Assembly: GCA_964057225.1 (NCBI GenBank)
Contig: OZ059900.1
Span: 9,176,001-9,240,000 of the forward strand
Length of the DNA: 64,000 nucleotides
Origin: Auanema rhodensis
Taxonomy: Eukaryota; Animalia; Nematoda
Reading direction: 5' to 3'
Shown here: positions 1 through 16,641 of the stretch, one piece after another
Position numbering within the stretch: the first letter of the stretch is position 1
How the letters are laid out: each line of letters begins with the position of its first letter
Translations under genes and position numbers: made by a program
Notes under the pieces: model-generated
Databases searched by the model: none
What the model was told of the DNA's origin: nothing
Seen by the model: only the letters and a program-made list of their open reading frames with translations

Positions 1-1921
1 GATAAAGATAATCATGCTGATCAATGAATGTCATTTGAAATCGAAGATTGTCGCTTCCCCGCTTTGTCGCTCGAATTTGTCTAAAATTAATTTTATTTCT
101 GTTTCTAAAAGAAAACACACTCGGAAATGTTACCAGCTAATGTGCTGGCAATTCGTACATTCATAATTGGCTGTGGTCTAAACATGGTTATTCTGTTCTT
201 AATAAATTTGTCTTTGTTCTTACCTGCCCGATACTCCTGCAATATATGATGGGACCTTTTCAGGTAATTTAAGTCTAGCGAGTAGTGTTTTTTGATATGC
301 AGGTATATCACCAATCATGGTATTGTAATATTTTTGCTTTCTTCTGTATCTTTCTCGGTAAAGAGCAGTCACCCCAGATCTAAGTGAAGTTCTCTGAAGA
401 TCCCTCATTTTTAACCAGTCAAGGACATGAGTCGGATGTCGAAATGTTGGCAAATTTGGATATATTCTCAAGTGATGTGGAACTGTTTTTCTTTCTTTAG
501 AAAAAGGTTGATAAGGCGGAGGATGTTTCTGAATTGGATATTTTCCCTTTTTATACAAATTCAACATCATACTGGCATGAAAATATTTAGAAAACTTCTG
601 TAGTCCTCTTTTACTTGATAAACTGCGCCAACATAATTCATGACGACTGATCCTTTTGCAATATCTACTGTCGTACGCACACACCACCTATTCGAGCCTA
701 TTGCGAATAGCTGAAATTTTTGAGTTATTTTTTGAAGTAGAACATTCTCTAAACATCACCTGTAGTGGATATATGAGCTTGCTCTGTGTGTACCGATTAT
801 CACATAAATCAACTCGACAACTACAATTATCATGACATTCATAAATGCCCGTGTTAACTCTACTCATAATCATTCCATTTTTCAATCTGAGAAACATTTT
901 CTGCTCAAAGAGAAAACTTATTAGCATTTTCATACTTTTTATATGATCCTTCCGGTTCTAATTTAGCAAAATTTAGCGTGTTTTGATAGCATTCACATTT
1001 CGAACGATCTTGGCAATTGTCTAAATATTTCTTAATTTATAAGTGTTTTGTAAAAATGTGTTTACCAGTACACGTGCATCCTTTACAGGGATCATATACA
1101 AGTTTTCTTCTGTTCTCCAATTCCGGTGTATATTCATAATCAGTTATATAATACACCTAATAATTATACATATATGTTATGCTGTACACCAAGTTAAATA
1201 TGGTTCTTGTTCACTTACAAAGGGAGTTCGCATTAATCCAATAGAGTTGACAACATTGATAGGAACATCCTCTTTTCCATCTGAGATATCATCCTCAACA
1301 ATGCTAGTATCTCTGGTCTAAAAAGCAATGTATATAAAGATTTTATAGTTAATTCACTGATTCAACTTACACTTAGTATACGAGATGGAATGACATAAGG
1401 GTTGAAATTGAAGTATCGGATATGAATACCGCAGTTACTTTCCTGAGTTATTGGTAAAGAAGATAAAATTTGAATAAATACACGAACCTGTAGAAATTTG
1501 TACACTTTTTCGGGAGAATTGAGATTTCGACCACATAAAGTACGATATAATACTTGTTTACCCTGAATGGTCCTGATTAGTAAGATATTTCAATTATAAA
1601 TATAATCAACCTTTGTACCTATGCCAAACTTTGTGGGGACTAGATACGGCGATATTTGACTTGTTTGCTTAATTCGTGCAGCAGTGAAACATTCCGAACT
1701 ACATTCATGACTTTTTGGAACACGTTCAGGCAGTCTTTTATTATTCGCTCTAAAAATAATGTATTGTTTTATTTATCTCAAAACCAGCAAATACGGCAAT
1801 ATCGAAAACAAATTTCTTTTTTTTTTTTTGAAGAAATTTGTGAAAATGATTGCTGTATAAGAAATCTTTACCTTGCAACTAATGGATGATCCATTTGATC
1901 TATATTGAATTTTACTGGCAT
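1..1921 (-). CDS. SETDB1/MET-2-like protein (MBD-like + pre-SET + split SET), multi-exon, 3' end outside window; catalytic motif looks degenerate
   Basis: Spliced minus-strand exons give an MBD-like segment (VLYRTLCGRNLNSPEKVYKFLQ) and pre-SET (EDDISDGKEDVPINVVN, CKGCTC..CQDRSKCEC, IYECHDNCSCRVDLCDNRYTQ). They also give the SET N-part (WCVRTTVDIAKGSVVMNYVG) and C-part (GNIS..NLRFQMTFIDQHD). The start ATG at 1921 is a best guess. Confidence 0.75.
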
Positions 1922-3132
1922 TGTCGTTTCGTTATTTTACTCTAACAATTACCTGAACAGATAAATAAACTGATTTAATAAAGAGAAAAAATAATATTCA
2001 AAGACGAAATTGTTAACTCAACTTCAAATAATTTTAGAATTTGTTTTAAAAAAAAAGTTTATGAAAGCTTGTCAAGGGAACTAAAAACGTTCGGAGGAAT
2101 AACAATCAATGACTGCTAAAATTAATCTGCAATCTCACATTTTAAATTGGGAATGTGAGCCTATCTCTAGATATTGGATAGAAACGATGCAGGCATAAAA
2201 GAAAGAATGAGGAAGAGAAGGAAAGAGTAAATGGGCGGACGCAATCGATTGCTAATTCAAAGGGTGAATGTGCCAATATGAAAGAGATGCATATGTAGCT
2301 TTTATGTATAGCTGAGATATTACCTATATGTGAATATATTAACATAAATATAAATAATAGTATATGAACCTATATACAACCACTTTTACATCCAATGCTT
2401 CATTTAAAATTTCATACTAAAACCGAACAAAGATAATTCAAAAACAACTAACCTGATAAGGCTAACTATAAGTATTATTAATTAAAGAAAAATCAGATAA
2501 AAAAGTAAAAAGATACAGCACAATCTAGAGCATTGATAAGAAATAAAAAAATTTTCAAACTTTTTTCACAAGACGAAAATCTTCGTTTTTACTCTTCAAG
2601 CTTTATCTAAAAGAATACATTTGTTGAATTTTTTACGTGTAACAACGACATGTCAATGATTGTAATGAATGAATCGTATGTCTGTGATTTTCCACTGAAA
2701 AACGTATTCAAAACATAGTGAAAAGCAAAAAAAATGAAAATTGGAAAAAAATCGGCAAGTATACATTCGTTGAATGTGATTCAGACGTGAATGAGTCATG
2801 TATGGGAACAGCCCATTGCAGCCGTTGCTAGCGGATTTAGCACTAAGCGGCAAATCAAAATTTATCCACTGCTCCTTATTTGCTTCATATGTCAAGGATA
2901 AAAGGTCAAGAGCCTCATTATCGCCTTATAATTAAGTTGATTTGGAAATATATTAACGATTACTCTCACAAAGAGTGCTTCTATATAAGAACAAATAAAC
3001 AATTATGTCTTTAATTTTAATAATCGATAAGATTGTTAAGATATTGCTTTATATTATTTACATCCATTTGTATAATTCAACACATAATTATATAAATATA
3101 TATTCAATTATATTATTGATTTTATCTTGATA

Positions 3133-6840
<3,708 letters not shown>

Positions 6841-7389
6841 ATAGCTGAGTGTATATAATACTTGGATATAACAATATGATGAGAAGGTCTTGTTCAGTTA
6901 CAATGGCATCGCGCACCTACTGGAAATGTATTTTGTTTGGGATTCTGGGTAGGCGTAATAAACAATGGTCACTAAGCACCCAAACATCGAACATTGCATT
7001 ATATATGAGCAAGTTTTGAACTTTTTGGCTTCTTCATTCATTATTTTGCATTATGGGAAAAGGAAACAAAAGTTACAAAAAAATAAAATTTTCCCAAAAC
7101 AATCTTAACCATAATATTCATCCTTAGGTATTTTGGCTTGTGCTTATCATCTACCGCTTAAATCCATGAAAAATAAAAGCATCATGTTCATCTCAAAGTT
7201 TTAATCCATTTTTTCTTCTAAAAAATTGTTTTGTGTCTATAACCAACCAAAAAACATTGAATAGGAAGCTTAGTTAAAATAAAAAAAACACTAATGCATT
7301 AAAAATCATTTATTCGATAAAAAAAGTTTTTGTATTCTCAGTTTAAGAACTTTTTGACAACATCAATGTAATATCATGATGTTTCAAAA

Positions 7390-9078
7390 TTATGCTTCAA
7401 CTGCCTGTAAGAAAATTTATAAGGTTCATACATAAAAAAAAATCAAACCTCTGGAGCAGGTTCCGCCGGGGCGACCTGGACTTCTGCATCAGGAGCAGCA
7501 TCTTCGAATTCTTTGGATGGCAGCTGAAGCGGAGCTGGAGCAACTGGAGGCCGGGCAGCATCTCCCTCAGCTTTAACCTGCTCAACGTACTTTGGTGGTT
7601 CAAGGTTCTTTCTGCAGAAAAATTGTTAATCCAGTTTTTATATAGGTACGCCATACCTTATTTGCTCGAGCTCCTCATTTTCCTTACGTCCCCACTCTGG
7701 AGGTGGACGAGCTGTACCACGGGCCAAAGCAAATTGCTTGATGGGGGCTGGGTTGTCGAATAAGTATTTCTTGTCTACGTATGATCTTCTGTCAATTTGA
7801 CGATCAAACTTGGAGGCAACAGTAATCTTGGGTGGATGCAGAGAGCTAACAGCTTCCTCAGGATCAAGTCCCTTCTTGAGAGCATTGTTACGAGCAGCTT
7901 GCTTCTGTCTCTCACCAAGTTCTTTCAACTAAACAATAATAGTTTCATCATTGGGGTTTAAAAATTGCTTACGTCGTATTCTTGGCGCTCATGTCTCTTC
8001 TCAAGATCGTACTTCTCCGATTCGAGTTTCATAATGCGTTCATGAAGAATTTTTATTTTGTCCTTAATATCATTGGGAAGAAGCCCAGAAATGTCAACAG
8101 GACGACAAACAGCAGCCAAAAAGGCTTTTTTCATTTCAGCAACTTGTTCGGCAGATGGCCCTTTAACAGCCGTTTTTGCTTTCTAATGCAATGGGTTTAC
8201 ATATTACTTATTAAAATCGATACCTGTCCAAGGTTAGCAAATTCTTGAGCTTGATCAGTTTTGTTTATAACAAAGTTGGGAGTTCCGTCACTGTTCAAGG
8301 GACCGGTATTGAAAGAACCAGCCATGAGGTTCTGACGACGTTGGCGTTCCTCATTTTTACGAGCTTTTTCAGATTCAACACGGGCCTTTCGGTCTTCTTC
8401 TTCCTTGCGTCTACGTTCGTCATCTTGACGACGACGTTCAGCAAACTCGCGTTCTTCTTGTTCTCTCTCGGCTCTAAGAATGAGTCATGTGTTTATGTTT
8501 CTATATGAATATCAAAAAATACCTTCTGCGCTCTTGCTTCTCTTTAAGCTCACGGAGTTCATCTTCAATTTTTTCCTTTTCCAAAGCACGACGTTGTTCA
8601 TAGTCAAGAAGCTTGGCAGCTTCTTCTTCCTCGTGACGTTTCTTTGCTGCCTAGATATCGAATTACATATTTTTGTTGTAATTCATAAGTTACCATCATG
8701 GCAATTTCTGCCTCAGTCATTTCCGCCGGAGGTTTTTCTTCTTGAACGGGTGGAGGTCGTGTTTTCCTCAAAACATTATTAATTAATCATCAATTAACAT
8801 ACATGAAAGAAAAAAATTTGTTCAATAATTACTTTTCAACTGGAGCCACTTCTTCTTCCGCTTCAGCTTCAGGCTCGGCTCTAAAACATGTTTATGATTT
8901 TGAAATAATGCAATTACAGTTCGTACGCTTCAGAAGCTTCAACATCTTCTTCAACTTCCTCTTCTTCTACCTCCTCGACTTCTTCCTCAGAGCTTAAAAT
9001 AATCAATTATAAATAACATGAATCTATTTTTATTAAAAAATATTATTAAAATACTCACAAAGCTTCTTCGTCAGACAT
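7390..9078 (-). CDS. Troponin T (diverged paralog of the copies at 38-42.6 kb)
   Basis: Starts MSDEEA with an acidic N-terminus. Contains [48 protein letters not shown] and [18 protein letters not shown], typical of nematode troponin T (mup-2/tnt-2 type). Confidence 0.93.
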
Positions 9079-10579
9079 GATGCAATGATAACCACAACGT
9101 TAAATGAGCCGACTATCGGCAGATGAGGCAAGCTAGTGTTGTCGACTAATGTATCCCAGAAGCTTATATGCTAGCTCATCATTTTTTTGCTGTAATAAAG
9201 CGCTTGCAAGCTCTACTGAAACTCAATAGTTTCTAAAACTGCTCTAAATACCACTTCTACACATTTCAAATGATCTTTCACATAATATCATTCAGACCTA
9301 CTCTCTCCTCTTTTCTTCTTCCAGCTTTCTATCTATTATTTCTTCTGGCACTCTGCTACATAACGAATACTTAGCTCAGTTCTTCCTGAGAATGCCATTC
9401 TCATCTTTCCTTAAAATCCAATACTTCATAATGACAGTGTAATACGTAGTAAGTCATATGCTCATCTGAAAACTAAAAACTAACAGCCATCTCCTACTCA
9501 AATTCCTACGATATGCCATGACATGTTTTCAATTCAAACAGGTATTCTATCAGTTTATTCTCTAAAACTATTTCAAATAACTTAGGAATAAGAGAGGGAT
9601 CAAACAAATATATAAAAGAATTAAAAACATATTAAGAACAAAAGACAAAAAATAAGACATGTACATACATATAGTATTTTTTCTCGTGTTTTATGATGTA
9701 TATCATAGTTTGGTTTAAAATAGGATTTCTATTATTAGACAATTCTTCTTCATGCATATACAAACTATAAAATGAATATAACTACATACAAACTATATGA
9801 TCTTGTAGTTTCCCTATATCTTAGTCGAAAACCTTACTTATACTATTATGATTAATGTACTATGAATATTTTATTGTCTATAATAAAGGCTCATATGAGA
9901 ATATCAAAAAACTTGACTATTACGTATATATTAAAAGTGTTTAATCGTTTTTGAATGTTCACATTCATTTTTTATTTTCAACATAAATTTTCCTGTTTAA
10001 AACCTAAGCAGGTGTTTAATCTTCAACTGTTGGTGGAGAAGATAAAAAACATTATATTCGATGCGTTAACAAAAATATTTTTTTACACTGCCCACCCTCT
10101 GGCAGATACCTTTTATTTCTATTTAATTACTGATTATGCTGAGCATCTGGCTTTTGTCGGAACTCGCATCTGGCCCATGTGAACATTCATATGGCAATAG
10201 GAACTGGGAAAATTAAGCAGAATTTGATTATTGTTATTACATATCTATAAAATAGATAATATACTGAATACAAAAGCAAAAAATGAAGAAGAGCTTTATC
10301 AAACAAGAAAAAACCATTAAAATTAAGGAAAAAAGCAACGTAGTATTTTAATAACCTACATGAAATGATACAAATGTACCATTATTTCTTTGATTTTCAA
10401 AAAAAAACAATCAAAAATTTTGATGGATGTTGAGCAAATTTGAAAAAGAAATGAAAAAGAGTTTTGAGAAAAGTTATCAAAAACTCAACATGGCACAGTT
10501 TAAAGCACTTTGCAAATTGATAGTTCTAACGAATTTCTAGTAATAACACCAGAAATTGTGGGAAAATCTCTTAGGATAT

Positions 10580-12394
10580 TTAAAGTTCACGCTTGTTTTT
10601 GCGATCTTTCTTTGATGGTGGTGGTGGTGGTGGAGGTGGTTGATCATCCTCATCATCTTCATCTGAATATGTAATAAATGAAGAAACAATAAGTGGTTAA
10701 TTTTTTACCATCAAGTGAGATAGACCCATCCATAATTTGATCAACCCAAGTCTGAATAACTTCTAAGTTGCTTTCGGAGTGCTTCTTGGGATCATCGAGA
10801 TTAATTTGGGACATATCGAACCAGATACCTTCCTTCTGAAAACCCCGATTTCTGCTTAGAGCAACATAGATGATTAGAATACCTCAGAAATGTCAACCAA
10901 TCCAATTTGAGGTCCTTCTTCAATATCAATTCCGAACATGTCTTCCCAAACATCAACCATAAGTGGGAACTCATCTATAAAATAAATGTTAATGAGATTC
11001 TTTATGCAATATACAAACCAGGATCAATTTGAACAATTTCAAGGGTTCCGGCGTGATTAGAATTTTCATCAGCAAGTTTGTCAAGAAGCTTGTGCATAGC
11101 ACGTCCTTCTCTGGACTCCTCATCAACAAAAGCCAGAATCATACGCTCGTCTTCCTCGGGATCTCTCTATAATTCAAACAAGTTTTTAAGCTCTATCTAC
11201 AATGCTTAAACTTACGAAGACATTGAAGTAGTTTTCAAGAGTCAACTTCATCATCACTGGCTCTTTGTTTTTCTTTACCCAGTCTTCGAATTCTTCTTCT
11301 AAAAATAGATTCAGTTTATTAATTTCGTTGAAAAGCATATGCTCTTTACCGGTATCAGCAGAAAGAGGAGCATAAAGTGGATCAGTCTCAAATGGCCTCA
11401 TCATTTGAACTTCTCCCACTCTCTTCAATCCAACTTTACGAGCCCACTACAAAAATAAAATATTTTCTTCTCATAACATCAATTTTTATTACCTTAGAAT
11501 TAACAACAGCAAAGAATTCAATTTCTCCCATGAATTCCTCAGCAGCTTCTTCAAATTCCTTAAGAGCTAAAAAAAGGACATTGTGCAAATCTGGCTCAAA
11601 ATCTGATTACCAATAGATCCTGGCTCGAAATATCCGATAATACGAACATACTCATTGGCCATGTCTTCGAAATCATCCAATTCATGCTCGTCATTAATAA
11701 TGGTAACTGGATCATCAGGGATCTAATAAGTATTTTAATTGTGCTGACAGCTTCTCTATTGCATTCTTACATCCATTAACCAGCTGACAAAAGTTTCAGG
11801 ATCACGAACTCCATTGTATTCAATTTTGTATCCATCTTTGTATACATGAATAGTATCCTCTCCTTTATCGACTTCTGAAACAATTTTGTTATTAAACAAC
11901 CAATATAATTCAAATTATATCATTATTAGTATTAGAAAAAACAAAATACATATGAATGCCTGACCTTCTTGTTTGCGAAGATGTTGTTGAGTGGTAGTAT
12001 TGACAGTGTAGAAGTTGTATCCTCTTTTTGTCATGATTTGTGCGGATAACTAAATCTTGAGTTATATCAAAAAAATATTTTTAAATGACACCTGAAGGAA
12101 GCATTCATATTGGTCCTTCTCTGGATCATCATCTTCAACATCATTGAAGAAAACAACACTTTTGGCATCTTCAGCAAAGACTGTCTTGTTGAAGTTTTTC
12201 TCAACTAATACCTTAAAATCAAAAATACAAATTACATTCATTGAAATTTATGATTATACTTCAGTTCTGTCAAATCCATCATATTCGAGCTCAGGATATC
12301 CCAGGAACATGCAATCTAAGTCGTCTGTCTTAGAGTTTGAGGCACCATAGCAACTAGTTGCCAAAACAAGAAGGCAGAAGGTTTCCCAAGTCAT
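10580..12394 (-). CDS. csq-1: Calsequestrin
   Basis: Signal peptide MTWETFCLLVLATSCYG, LGYPELEYDGFDRTEV, and thioredoxin-like domains (VGEVQMMRPFE, DPDEFPLMVDVWEDMFGIDIEEGPQIG). Has an acidic/proline tail ending KREL*. Confidence 0.9.
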
Positions 12395-15300
12395 TCTGCA
12401 AAATATTAAAAAATGACATAACTTTCTTAAAAAATGATCTTCAAATGGAATAGAATGAAGGAAACTAAGTCCAAAAAATGTAAATGTTAACAATAAAAAT
12501 GATATTGATGAAAGAGATTGAAGAGATAGACTACTCCCTTGTTGTATTAATCCGGATCAATTTACTCCATACAATTGATTGAAGAAAGTATCGAACATCG
12601 ACATATGTGAAATGAGCAATAATGAAATGAATAGAGCAACTGCACAGAAAATAGGTTGGCTCGGATTGGTGACGGATGGCTAAGGCGAAGTCTGGCACAT
12701 TGTAAAGAAGAAAAAGAAGAAAGAGATAGTTGTGAATAAAGAGCTGATTGAGAGAGATACGAGAGATGTGTGGACAAAAGAATAATCGACTTTTTAGCTG
12801 AAAAAAAATAAGAAGGCTGAACTTATTTGCAATTCGGGAGCAATGAAAAAATAGTGAAACATATATTTTTTTGCATTTAAGTGGTAGAAAGAGTTATTAT
12901 GATACAATAAATGGAAGACACTCTGAAAGAAAAATGATATGCAAACTTGAAAGATAACGACTTTTTCTCAAATATCATATTCTTTAAGGGTTACTTGAAA
13001 AAGCGTTCATAAACGTTCTCTGAATCCAAAAGTAGTAAGTTAAGAAACAAATGAAAACAGTTTATACTCTTATTTGCATCGATACACTCGTACAGCAAAT
13101 GGCCAACAGATATGAAAACTGAAATAAAACTTTGAATGTAGTATCAAGTGGCGATTGAAGACAGCAGAATGTGCTAGAGAAGCATCTGTGATTGGTGCAA
13201 CAATTGGCTTTGGTGCGAATTCATTCAAGCCGTACTCAAATTGATATCTTAGCAAAAGAAATAGAGGCGTTTTAAACGAATGAAAGAAAAACGAAAAAAA
13301 GGAGTGGGTATTAGAAAAGCTAGAGACTGAGAACAGTTAGAGATATATGGATAACTGAAAGATAAGTGGATGAAATAGACTAAGGTTTAGAAACACACCG
13401 GAAGATAACAAGAGTGGATAACTAAAGAGAAAGGTGATTGGCAAGAGAACAACGCGAAAATTAAAGATAGAGTGTAATGAAGAGAGAGAAACTCGAAATG
13501 AGTGAATGCCGAGCTTATGACAGGGATAATGAAACAAAGAGATAGAATTAGAAACAAATGATAGGATCACCTACAGAGAAAGCAGAGATGATCAGGTAAA
13601 ACGGCACTAAGTCTATCATGTTCTTATTGACAACTTAACCATTTTACTAACACATGTAGTAAGATATTTGAGATAAAAAAAATTAAGAAGAAACATTGAG
13701 GCATCAAACATTTTCTTAAAAAACGACTATAATATAAGATTTGTATTACAAATAAGATATTCTTAAAACTCTAATACGTTTATCTGTCGGAAACAATTCG
13801 TTAACTGAGCTGATCAAAAATCGGTGAGACAATTTTAATTTTTTCTACATGTAATATTTGTTTAAATAGAAATATCGACATAGATTTTGCAAAATCATAA
13901 TAATTAAGAAAATTTCTAAAAATTGTACAAGGAAAAGTATAATTTAGATGTTCGTCTACCAAGACAACAAACGATTTAAAACATTGAGCAATTGAACTAG
14001 TTTGCACATAATTTTCAACAATCAAGTGAAACTATAAACAAATTGACAACCTACTTATCTTTAGGCTTGACTGAGTATGTTAAACAACAGGAAATAAAGC
14101 TTGTTTTTATCTGAACAGGAACTCAAAAACTGTTTTTTTAACAATAAAACGTGATGCGAATGTGTTGATGAGAGAAATACAACTTTTGAAACAGACTTAG
14201 GTGACTATATTTATGGCACTAACTGAGAAAATCAAGACAAAAGCAAGAGATATGTCACATTTCAATTTAGACTGCTATCGGGCCCCCGCAATGTCAATAG
14301 AGTGAACTGAGATAGGTAGGATGCAACTGGATAAAGTTTGCATCTGCTCACGATACATCTACTAGAATCTTAGCATATTTGACATTTCACATTCGTGAAT
14401 ATATACAAAAAGCTAGTTTCTATCTTTTCTTTTAAACATCACTTGAAGATAATCGTTAGATTCAAACAGTAATTATGAAATAATGTTTCATAGAACTAAT
14501 TTATTTTAGGATATTGCTGAAGTTAACACTGTATTAAACTAGAATATGAAATTGACATAGATTCTGATCGAGAATGGAAATTAAGAGCAACAAATTCCTT
14601 CATTTCATAATGTTGAAACCACTTAAATTTTAAAACATTGTTATTTAAGATATTGTGATGTTGAAATCGTCCAAATCAAGAAAATCCTTACCTTATTGAA
14701 GCAATTTGAATGAAGTTGGTGCCTATAGATACCCCTCTTAGCTGTTAGATCATTTCTGCCATTACAAATATTTGGCATGATCTCGCATGCAACGATCTCT
14801 AGGATATTTGCTTCTAAAAATATAGATAGTGTAATTAATTTCGATAGCACTTCTTCGAGTACAAATATTCGCCAACATATTATAAGTCTTCAACTTTTTT
14901 TAAAATGAAAACGTCAGAATTTTTAATGTTTTGCTCACTAGATAATGTCACGTTAAAAACGTTGAAATAATGAAAAAACCTTCGAAGTACAAGCCGGAAC
15001 TTGTTGATATTTTTATGTGAATTATAACAAATTTATAGAAAAGATATTTAAAGTACAAAAACTATGAGAATACAAAATAAATATTATCAGGAAAGTTTCG
15101 AACATTTCCACTAAAAAACAAATTTATCTTTGCAACTTTAAACCTTTGCAATAATTGAATGTAATAGAGCACTCTCAATAATACATAATTCAAAAAGTTT
15201 ATGTTAGATAGATAGAACAGGATATAACCAAGTCTCTTATTCAATGATAAGTTTTAATATTTTCAGGGGATTTACTAATTTCTTCAGGAAATATGCGTAT

Positions 15301-15708
15301 ATCGTCTAATAATCCTTAGGCATTTATGAAAAAACGCACAAGATCAAAAACTCATCAAAAATTTGCTATATTTCTGTGTTTCTATGAAATGATTTGAGTT
15401 TCCATTTTTGAATTCAAATGCCTGCCTTTTAAGTCATGTCATTGTATGGGTCGTTGGATAAAAATAAAATACGCATTGTCGGTACGCAAACCAGATTCGT
15501 ACAATGTTTACACTTTTCAAAACAATTGTTGTCCTTCTTTGGTCGATGTCGATTTTATCGATTCATGATAGATGCAGCTGAAATTAAATTTTACGAATAG
15601 CAAGTGTTTTTTTGTATATTTCTTTACATTTCAAGCAACAGAACACTGTTTATTTGATTGTATTCTTTTATTCATTACCTAGTATTCTTACTTTTTTTTT
15701 TTAGAAAT

Positions 15709-16641
15709 ATGACTGATGAGACGTTGAAAAATTTATTAAGAGATTATTTGCTGTCCCGAGGTTTAACAAGCACATTTCGAGCATTTGAAAAAGAAACTGG
15801 GAATGTTAAAGAACAACGTATTAATGTAATAAGAGTGGTACATTATATTATTGTTAAAACTATACATTTAAGGTTAATGATCTAATTGAAGACGTATTAG
15901 GTGGAATAGATTTTCAAGATTTAGATAGAATAACTCGCTTTTGGAGCACATTTTCTACACTTATGTATCATCATCTAAATGAGGTTGGATATAATCTAAT
16001 AGTTAAAAACATTTTTTTATATAGGAACAAGTAAAAGTATTAGGACAGTATGAAACTGAAATATTCCGTTTATACCTAGCATCATGTCATCAAAAAAAAA
16101 ATATCGCCAAGTTTGTTGAATTTTTTCAAAAAATGTCTGCACAAACCAGAAACAATCCTGATTGGGCTGATTGGTATGGTGAGATTTATGTATGGGAATA
16201 AGTTAATATATTATGTTAATTCAGCTCTACCTTATAATGACAAACCTCAGGATTATCCCTTATTTCGTAAATATTTTGATAAATCATGGAAAGAATTATT
16301 CATATTATCTCTACATAATTTCTTGAGCATAATTGTGCGTGATTTTTCTGAAGCAAACATTGCTCAAATTGCCGAAGCTATATCAAGCAGTTCTCGTAGT
16401 TCGGTATGAGCTTATATTAATCACAGCTGATTCTTATTTCTATTTTAGAGTAAAGATTCGAATAATGAGGAATTTGAAGAAATTCTAGAAGATTTTTCAA
16501 TTATTGCTCCGTTAGTTGTGACACTTTATCTAAAATATTAAGATTCTACTGTTTAGAACTACTGGTGGCCAACCTGACACTAGCTCTTCCCGATCAAAGT
16601 CAACATTTCGCAACTTTTTCAAAAAAACAGTTGGTCATTAA
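15709..16641 (+). CDS. sorf-1: WDR91 N-terminal-domain (LisH-like) protein, SORF-1-like, no WD40 repeats
   Basis: TDETLKNLLRDYLLSRGLTSTFRAFEKE, IFRLYLA, DWADW..LPY and FRKYFDKSWKELFILSLHNFLS parallel the WDR91 N-terminus. Short multi-exon gene. Confidence 0.75.

Noticed and set aside
12500-15600. Many short F/L/S/I-rich ORFs here and at 17-23 kb and 32-37 kb
   Set aside because: Expected by chance in AT- and GA-rich intergenic or intronic DNA. No splice-consistent gene model was found.
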